Shown here piece by piece: positions 55,197 to 64,000 of a DNA stretch of 64,000 bases. The DNA comes from Chrysomallon squamiferum. Taxonomy: Eukaryota; Animalia; Mollusca. The stretch is taken from positions 32,054,001-32,118,000 of the forward strand of contig CM022672.1 in NCBI GenBank assembly GCA_012295275.1, written 5' to 3'. Numbering within the stretch: position 1 is the first letter of the stretch; each line of letters starts with the position of its first letter. Under the pieces are notes generated by a model. It was not told the DNA's origin. It searched no databases and saw nothing but the letters and a program-made list of their open reading frames with translations. A program made the translations under genes and the position numbers.

Positions 55197-57182
55197 CGGT
55201 AAACCGAAAGAAAGAAACAGTAAAAAAAAAAAAGAAAGAAACAAAAAAAAGAAACAGGGAAGAAAGAAACAGTTTTATTCACAACAAATTTATTCTCATA
55301 TATGAATTTCTTTGTATCATTTAGGTCATAAGCACTTGGTAATACGAATGTTGTGTCCGACTCCAACCAAAAACTCAGGAATGGACTTGGAACTATTGAC
55401 ACGGTCCTGGCACAAGGATTTGAGTCTCCTCTGAAGCGAATATGACCTTTGTTCTTCGGAGGATTGCCAACTGCATCCTGTTGAAGAACGGTGTGTACAG
55501 TGGATTCTTCACGCTGGAACCACTGGATAACTTTCCAGACAGAAGATGATGATGGCCAACCATGCTGAAAAACTTATTGTTCCACCCTTCACAACTGTTG
55601 TTCGTTCGGTGGCCGTCATTGAGAGTGACCTCATGTCCGTACTCCTCACACTTGTCCACAACCGCTTCAAACAGTTCATCGTACACAGAACTGGACTTGT
55701 TCTTGTTCTGCAGCAGCGCGTAAACACATGTCATTCCAACGTCACGGAAAGGAACACGAAGAACATAAACCTGGGAGAACTGAGCTGGAGCCATGGAGAA
55801 GTTGTCATCCATGAAGATGTTAGTCGCAGTGGCCAGGCGTCTGAGTCTCTGTTCTGTACTAAGACGATGATCCTGCTAATAGTCTCTGGTCCAGTGTCGT
55901 AGAGTAGGAATGGCTCTGGATAAGGGTCAACTGTTTTCTGCCACTCATCTGGTATGAACTCAGAGAGGTGCTGTGGTACTGGAAGAGTCTTGCTTAGTGG
56001 TCTCCTCGAGTGGTATTCGTGACTGCACATCTGGTCCGAGCTCGGCTGAGACTTGAGTGAAGATCTGTGATGACTTTTCCAGTGAGTTCGCAGCTTGGTC
56101 ACGCATGGCGCTGCGACACTTGGTGTATGAGATCTCAGTGTCATCAGGTGCATGAACGACCGGGTTCAGGATCAGTCATATCTGCCGTAGTGCTGAGTGT
56201 AGCCAGACAACCTATAAAGACATAATATAATACACTAATTAATACCAGAATATGAAGTCATTCGGAAATATTGATATTCAAACCTTAGACCCATCCTATA
56301 ATTTTTTTTTGCTGTGTTCTGAAGAAATATACAAGATTTTCCCGCCCATCCAATTAAATCGCATGTATTAACATATCAGTGCATTTCAGAAATACAAAAT
56401 ATAAATAAAATCATATGCAGTATATGCACTCTCATACATAACAAGGTGGACTTTCTTGGAGCACTTCCAGCAAATTTTGTTCTTCCTAGTAGCTAACTTG
56501 GTATACACGTGCCTATGATAACAAATGTTTGATCCACCTTTCTGAGTCTTGATGACATCCACAGTAATTTTATTCATATATATGTGTTTTTATTCTAATG
56601 ATGGCACTAATGATTCTGAGAAATGGTACCCCTCACATCTTTTATATTGATATCATGGGTAATTAAGTTGGAAGTCATCTGGGAAGCCATATATGGGATA
56701 AGATAAAGGGATAGATCTGAGGATAAGATAAAGGGATAGGTCTGAGGACATAAAGAGAAGGGATTCTCCTTTGAATGGGTCAATTAGAGAACGGCTTCTT
56801 AAATGGGTTTTTAAAGAAAATGATAAATGAGATATTAAAATAACCCATTGGATAGGTCAAGGACTCAATGACAATTAAAACTCAACTGGGTAAGTTAATT
56901 ACGAAATTGACTTATGTTAGAGAGATGTACAGATATAGATTGACATAGTGTTTATGGTGAAACATGGATTATCAATTGCGGAATGATGATTAATGGGTGA
57001 AAGAGGTGCATATTTATGATGGAATATTTAAGAAGCATTAAAAATATTAGTTTGGTATAAAAATAATTTTTAATACCTTTAACATATTTAAAATAGGAAT
57101 TTTAGTAAAAATGTAGTGTTTCTTTCTTTATGTTTCTTTGTTCCTATTATTTTTTGTTCTGTTTCTTTCTTGCCTACAACCG
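55197..57182 (-). mobile_element. Internally deleted MULE/Mutator-like element with degenerate TIRs
   Basis: FLYWCH start KTQKGG..CYHRHVYTK...ICWKCSKK (56577-56440); LPVPQHL..IPDEWQKT..PFLLYD; MDDNFSMAPAQFSQVYVL..CVYALLQNK; RTNNSCEGWNNKF. Ends TTAAACGGT..AAGAAAGAAACA repeats (55192-55270) are inverted at 57115-57187. Confidence 0.85.
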
Positions 57183-57500
57183 TTTAACAAAATGGTTTAC
57201 TTGACGACGTTCTTAGTGGTTCGGGAAGTGACGTTATCGAGAGTGCAGGAAATGACGTTATAGATCGCAAAAAGTTTTAACTGAATAATTTATACTTGAC
57301 AGGTAATTTGTATCAAGTTAAATTTAATTTGAAACCAAACACTGATTTTAACCCTAATCTAAACCGTAATCGTAACACTAAATCTATTTATAACAATGAA
57401 ACAATTTTATTAACCGTCGAACGTTAGTTTTATATCAGTTACCAGATCCTGACACTGTTCTAAAAAAATGATACTAATAAATTAAATATTAATAAATTAA

Positions 57501-57537
<37 letters not shown>

Positions 57538-58699
57538 ATAAAATAAAATAAAAAAAAAAAAAAAAAAAATAAACAAACATCTTCAACTTTTTTATTATTA
57601 TTATTTTTTTAAATCTAATCTTAACCCTAACTTAATCAGCAAAAATATCTAAACTTTTAGACTAAAAGTCTGAACATAAAGCACTTTAACCTAGTAACTA
57701 ACCCTGGCAGTAATTTACACTTTGCCTGTATAATAAATTGTTTATTGAGATCAAAAATTATTTTAAATCTAATAATAATAATAATGTAGAATATGTCTTA
57801 AATAAACGACTGAATGAAATAAAAATAACTAACTAGATTACCTAGCACTGATTTCAACTATATTAATAACTTTAAATCTAAAAATTATCACTAAATATAA
57901 TATTAAAACTTAAATCTCTTTCCTAACCCTAAATATACCCTAAATGAATCCTCACCTTTATTTTGTATTGCTGAAATTTTATTCAGATATTTGTTCTGAA
58001 AGAAAATAATGTCTAAGATTTTAATTAAAATTGTTTCCCTTCACTTAACCTCAGGAAGTTGTCTATGACAGTAGCTTAAAAGTTAAAACAAGAAAAAAAC
58101 TCAGTATAAGTCAACTGTTTATTTGTACAGAGAAAACAAAGATTAAATAAACATTTTTAATCTGCACCTATTTCAAATCTTTTTATATAATAATTTGTCA
58201 AAGGAAAAGCTAGTAAAACTGACTAGTGTGAAAAATACAAACAACTATAATATATATTTTTTTAGTGGATAACAATTTCATTGATTCAGTGTTATAACAT
58301 TCACTGGCCTAGTTATGATATATGTATTTTTATATAAATACACGATTAAAAAATAATACAAATATTTTTATTTATTTACAAAATAATAAAATAAATTTAA
58401 TAATTATCTCCCTTGAATCAAACACTTTTTAATCTAAAATGTGCAGCTTTTTTTACACAATCATCAAGATTCTAACATCAATCAATTTCAAAAAAGTAAT
58501 GTCTGTTTGTCACATACTTGACTACTTGGTCCTGTGTCTGATCCAAACATTCTGAATACTGATCTACATCTGATTACATGTTGTGTGAACAACATTGTGA
58601 CTTTGAGTCTATATTCACAGTATTTAAATTCTTCAATAAGTGTAGTCCATGCTTCACACAAGAAACAGTTTTTAAAATGTTATTTTGGTGTTGAACTTT

Positions 58700-60022
58700 C
58701 TAACACATTTCAATATTCTCCAAGCATTCAGTTCTTTATATTTTTTGGAGATGTTCATCTTCTGTTTGCTTAGTTCAGGATGATCAGACAACTTTAAAAA
58801 CTTGGAGGCAAACTTGACAAGTCATTTAGAATCAATGTCATTTCTCACATGTATTCTTTCTTTCTCAAAACAAGCTCATGATAAAGAACCCTGAAGAAAA
58901 AAAAAAAAAAAGTTATAATTAAAATAAAAATAATATTCAGAGTTACATAGATTATATTGAAATGTCCTTGATTATAAATATTTACCTGGAAATGTAGATT
59001 ATACAATTTGACATATAAAATGAAGACTAGATGTAATTAAAATGAGATGTGTTGTGACTTAATAGTAGAGAGCTGAGCTGAGAAGTAACAGATTGTAGTA
59101 TCAATCTTGAAAACTGAAAACACAAACACCTGTCTTAATTAACAAGTGAAAATGTAGATGGTTTTTCTCTCACAGTTTCATTATCAAAAATAACAATAAT
59201 GTCTGTCATCTGAAGCAGATTTTTTCAAATTATTAATCAGAAAATGATTTTAGTGAACTTCATGGTAACTGAAAGGTCTGAGAGACAAGTTCACATTTAT
59301 TTACCAATCAAGCAGCCTGTTAAACTAGCATGATGGGTGATGTGAAACATCTGACAGTCAACTGTTGTTCTGTGACTCTCCTCTGATTTCTCTGCTCTGT
59401 TATGTGAGAATTTGCTGTGTTTAGATTTCTGTACTCTGTGTACAACAATCAGCTTGTGTCTGAAAAATAAAATATTAAAAACAAGACAAATGTTAGAATT
59501 ACAAATGTAATGTACACACAGTTTACTTACCAATCACTGAGTCTGTTAACTAGCACTGGATGTGTGATGTAAAACATCTGATAGTAACAGTATTACAAAT
59601 CTATTTTTATCATTTCAATTCAGAGTAATATTTTCAACAGTAAACAAGTACAGTTAATTTAAATGAAATAAAATTAAGTCAAAGTGCATTTCAGTATCTC
59701 ATCTACACCTATCATTATTTACAAATAAACAATAAAATTATATATAATAATATTAATATTAAAACATTCTCATTGACATTAAGTAATTTATTATTTAAAA
59801 GTTTATAAAATCTGGCAGTAAACTGAATTACCTGTCCATTATACCCAGCATCTGTTTACAAACATGTTGAGTACATCTGAGTGTCTGAGTCTGTACAAAT
59901 TTCCCTCAAAATCTAGAACTGGCAAACTGATTGTTCTTCCATGAATTGTACACTGCAGACATGGTCAAGTGGTCAATCTTGCCTGACTGGACCTTTTTCT
60001 GATCAGCAAGGGCTTGTTTATC
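58700..60022 (-). pseudogene. DHX8: Intron-containing pseudogene fragment of DEAH-box splicing helicase DHX8/PRP22 (exons 60022-59832, 59459-59305, 58890-~58700)
   Basis: [10 protein letters not shown]...[17 protein letters not shown]...KQMLGIMDR|HKL.VV...RVQK; VLYHELVL..KEYM*E...KLSD..LSKQK...NAWRI match the DHX8 C-terminus. Contains stops, deletions and frameshifts. Confidence 0.92.
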
Positions 60023-60187
60023 CTGCAAAATAAATAAATAAAATTAATTTTCAAAAAAAAAAAAAAACTACTTTTTTTCAGTGACAACCCTCAACTGAGA
60101 GTAGTAGACTGTCTCCTGGGCTGATCTGACTCTGGATTCTGACAAACACAAATTATTTATATTACTGATTCAGAAAGAATTTTGAAA

Positions 60188-60225
<38 letters not shown>

Positions 60226-60233
60226 ACTAATAC

Positions 60234-60284
<51 letters not shown>

Positions 60285-61347
60285 TAATAAAATAAAAATA
60301 AACTAAGTAATATAAATAAATAAAGAACAAATAAATGGAACCTTAAAAAAAGTAATATTTCAAAAAAAATATAATAATTAAGAAATATATTATTTTTATA
60401 ACAAATAAAGAAATAAAAATTAAAAAATAATACAGCTATCTGTTGAAATGAATGCCTCACCTGAATTTACTATTATATAATATTTATACTCACTTCTCAT
60501 TAGTGTTTTTTTTTTTTGACATTCTGCTAGAAAACCTGCATGTTACAGTCAATTAATTCTGTCTAGTGCATTAATGAAAAAAATGTTTTTACATTAGTTT
60601 TTACTTTCTGAATGTTTTATCAGGTGGAACAAAAACAAATAACAAACAAAGAACCCACATTTATAAGTTTTGAATGATTACTATGGATTTTGTCCTTTTT
60701 GACTTTCTCTCTTTTTATTAATTTCTTGTTTTGTTTTATAATGTTTTATTTCTGTGTTATAAAATATGAATTACTAGTATCCCATTTCATGAACCTCTCC
60801 AACCCAATCCAATATATACATATTATTCAAACTGCTGTATTTCTACAAAATAACAAAGTAATTAGTCTCTGTTTACATACTTCAAAAGAAATAATAAAAA
60901 AAAAAAAAAATAAAAATTCATTCATATTTTTGAAACAACAGAAAGTTGTATAAAGGTTATGTGAAAAGAATGGTCAGTTTTTCCCAGACTTTTTTTCTGT
61001 CATTTTGTAGTGTTTGTTTTAAATATGTATATTCCACATTTGGAAACTCTAGCACAAATAGTTTTCATACAGCATCTTTCTAAAAATGTTAGGATAGTAC
61101 AAAAAAGATAGATGATTAAAAAAAAAAAAAAGTAAACAAATGAAGTTTAAAAACCATATTTCCATTTATTATGTCTGTAGGGGTTATGTTATGTATCATT
61201 ATTATGTAATCTGTGTATATGCACTTCCTGTTACAAAAAATCTGAAACATTTATCTGAAAAAGTTATTTTTTTTTATATTTTCTAAAACAATTTTGTTTA
61301 TTAAAATTGTGTTATTTTTCATCTAGTGTGACACCTTAAATGTTATT

Positions 61348-61500
61348 CACTTAAATGTATCCAGCCACACAGACAAAGCTTTAAAATTTACATCTTCAAA
61401 TATTCTAGAAAATTCCTCAGCTTTTCTAAATAATACAGACCCAGATACTGGGAGATTTTTACCCTTTGTATGTTTTAACCATTTCAAAGTTCCAGTTTGT
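61348..61500 (-). mobile_element. pogo/Tigger transposase relic (CENP-B-type HTH)
   Basis: LKWLKHTKGKNLPVSGSVLFRKAEEFSRIFEDVNFKALSVWLDTFK matches the W....R..N.P.SG..L..KA..FA.....FKAS.GWL..FK pattern. Confidence 0.75.
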
Positions 61501-61711
61501 GTGTTAAATTCAGATAGACATTTATTTGCAGAATAGAAAAAACAAGCATTATTTGACTCAGATAATTACAATTATGTTAATTTGTAATTAGATCATCTTA
61601 TTATTTTCTATTATAATAGGAAAATATCACAAATGTTCCATATTTTAATAGTCAAATCCTGCATTAATATTAAGCAATAGGTGTAAGTAATGTAACTTGT
61701 TTATCTCTTAC

Positions 61712-63364
61712 TTGAGTGTAATCAATCATAATCTCAGTGTGAAGGAAGTCACTTGATTCAAAAAGATGAAGACAAACAAATGGATCTGAAAATAAAATAT
61801 CATGATACTGTATATAGCCCGTATATACTGTTAACACTATAATTTTCTTATTTCAATTCTTTTCAAATATCCCAAGTCGACTATTTAAGTTTTTATTTCT
61901 GATATAAGTATGCACAGTCTATATATCTGCTATTAACGTTCTTATTTCAGTTCTTTGCAAACACCACAAGTAAACTATTTAAGTTTTAGCTTTTATTTTT
62001 TCTTTGTGATGTAAATGTAAGTTTGCCTAACATATAACTGTATTATAAAATAGAAACAATCTTATACTTGAAGACAAAAATAAAATTTTATTAAGAAGTT
62101 CAAGCTTACCTTATTCTACTTCTGCATCTTCAAAATCAATCAGGGTCATGGACTGGACATGTTTGATACTTTGAGGTGAGGAGGAAACTTGCTGATAGTC
62201 ACCATGTTGAGAGTTTTCTGTTTGTGTTTAGTTTCACAGGACAAAGTAGGACTGCTTTTCTGAAACTGAAGATGTTGATAAAACTCTCAGGATTAAACAA
62301 AAAAGAGAAAAAAGTTTAAATTTACAGACAGATTTACACATACAGTAGAAATGCTGATATGATTATCAGTTTAATGTGTTTGTTTGATCATAACCATAAT
62401 TAAGATGAAGGCAACATGAAGATAATTTATATCTTAGAATCCACAGTCACTTGACACAAAATGAGATAATGTACCTCAGTACATTTTGTGAATTTCACCA
62501 TTTTAAAAGTAAATATAATTTATGAAATATAATATCAAAAGCTGACAAAAACTCAAGATGTCACTGGATCACATGACTTCATGACTGAATTCACAACTTC
62601 TAATGTATGCTATGTCATCTGTATGCTGATTATGTAGATTACTTTAAAATCAGTTATTAAAGCTGGCAAGAATTTCTACTACTTTTTTTTTTTTTTTTTT
62701 TTAAGTATGAGCGGCTTTTGTCTGCCTGTGCATTTTTTGGTTGGAGGGTTTTTTGTTTTGAGGAGCTTTTGGCTGTGTTCACAGTTTTACATCTTAGTTA
62801 TATTAGCTAACAATGTGCTTCATCATGTTCATTCAGAAAATAAATTAAACTGAGAATATATTTTAATAAAATAATAATAAAATAAAACTTTATAGATAAA
62901 ATATTACAGAGAATTTGGTAATTATAAAAAAAACATCTTTAGCACATGAAAGGAAATAAAAAAAAAATGATATGATCATAAAATAATAAATCTATCAGTA
63001 ACAAATAAAGACAACTTTCATTTATTTTAAGATTTCTAAACTATCATCTGATAGGAATTACAACTTTCTAACTGAACTTATGACTTTCTTGTTATTTATA
63101 AAAAAATATTATACTATTTCTTTTTTTATTTAGTAACACAACACCTAGTTATAAAACCTCTCCAAAATTAATTTTAATAAATCCTCAACAGGTAGTCATA
63201 TTTATAATTCTTTTATTTTTTATTTTAATAATTTACCTGAAGCTGTTTAATTTGTCCATCAACTGAAATGACGTCTGCCTCCTCAGAGAAAGTTGTGCTA
63301 TATTCCCAGAGACGTTCTTCTGTTACTGAGTTTACACTGAAATCCTGTTCCTCCTAATCTCAAC
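61712..63364 (-). pseudogene. Candidate decayed exons of an unidentified gene (63364-63237, 62259-62110, 61785-61712)
   Basis: Good AG/GT sites and higher complexity than the flanks. Peptides such as EEQDFSVNSVTEERLWEYSTTFSEEADVISVDGQIKQLQ, with stops; not DHX8-like. Confidence 0.4.
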
Positions 63365-64000
63365 CTAAATCACAAAGAAAACTTTACATATAACATTTCA
63401 TATCTTGATTTTACATTTTTGAGTAATCTTTAAGTTATCTTAAATTGGTTATCTATTAAATAAAACTTTAAAAAGAAAGTTAAATTTACATTTATATTGA
63501 CTAATAAATAAAAACAGTATTTATAATTTTATTTTCAGTATATAAAAAAATTTTTAATATTATCTGACCTCTGTGCTTAACTAAAAACAAAACAACAAGA
63601 ATGAAAAAAAATCATGAAAGGAAGAAGAAATAGCATCAAATCCCATTTTTTAATATCAGTTGAAAACCTGTTAGAAAAATCTCAAAATAATATAATTTCA
63701 TCAATAAATTAACAAATGTTAAAACAATTTGAAAATCAAATATATTAACTCAAATCAACTAATTTGAATTAAAAAGTATGATTAAACAGTGACTGTCCAA
63801 ACAAAACACTTGAGATTCAAACCAATGAGGATGGGATTTTGATCAGGAAGAACTATCTTGTTTAACATTTCTGTGCATGAAAAAAACTGAATTTTGAAAA
63901 TTTTATTTAACTAGTTATATAGATAAAAAGTTACTGATGATATGAAAAAGATTATTTGAATATATCTATATCTACATATTTGTTGTTATATATATTTCAA

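Noticed and set aside
57340-57950. Telomere-like TAACCC motifs
   Set aside because: Scattered and degenerate, not a tandem (TTAGGG)n tract.

Overview
AT-rich eukaryotic (animal) genomic DNA, dense in microsatellites, with one 200-N assembly gap at 51064-51263. Two MetaSINE-like fragments and a compact BTB-BACK-PHR gene suggest a mollusc or other lophotrochozoan (inference). The only clearly intact gene is a two-coding-exon BTB-BACK-PHR (BTBD1/2/3/6-like) gene at 42376-43927 (+). The 3' end of a near-identical copy lies at 1-461, because 1-7805 is directly repeated at 43467-51063. The minus strand carries several spliced but decayed genes: an unidentified gene (~9720-4476), a long multi-exon pseudogene (~29470-11100) with weak colinear resemblance to FANCB, and the last three exons of a DHX8/PRP22 pseudogene (60022-58700). 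Transposon relics include an ISL2EU-type element whose DDE transposase sits antisense inside an intron of its own SWIM/YqaJ gene, two MULE relics, a Gypsy PBS+gag, a pogo HTH fragment, and Charlie-like and Tc1/mariner-like MITEs. There are also 61-, 55-, 40- and 75-bp tandem arrays. Most ORF-track entries are microsatellite artefacts. All homology calls are by-eye motif recognition; no searches were run. I found no convincing wholly new system, but several unusual architectures are listed.
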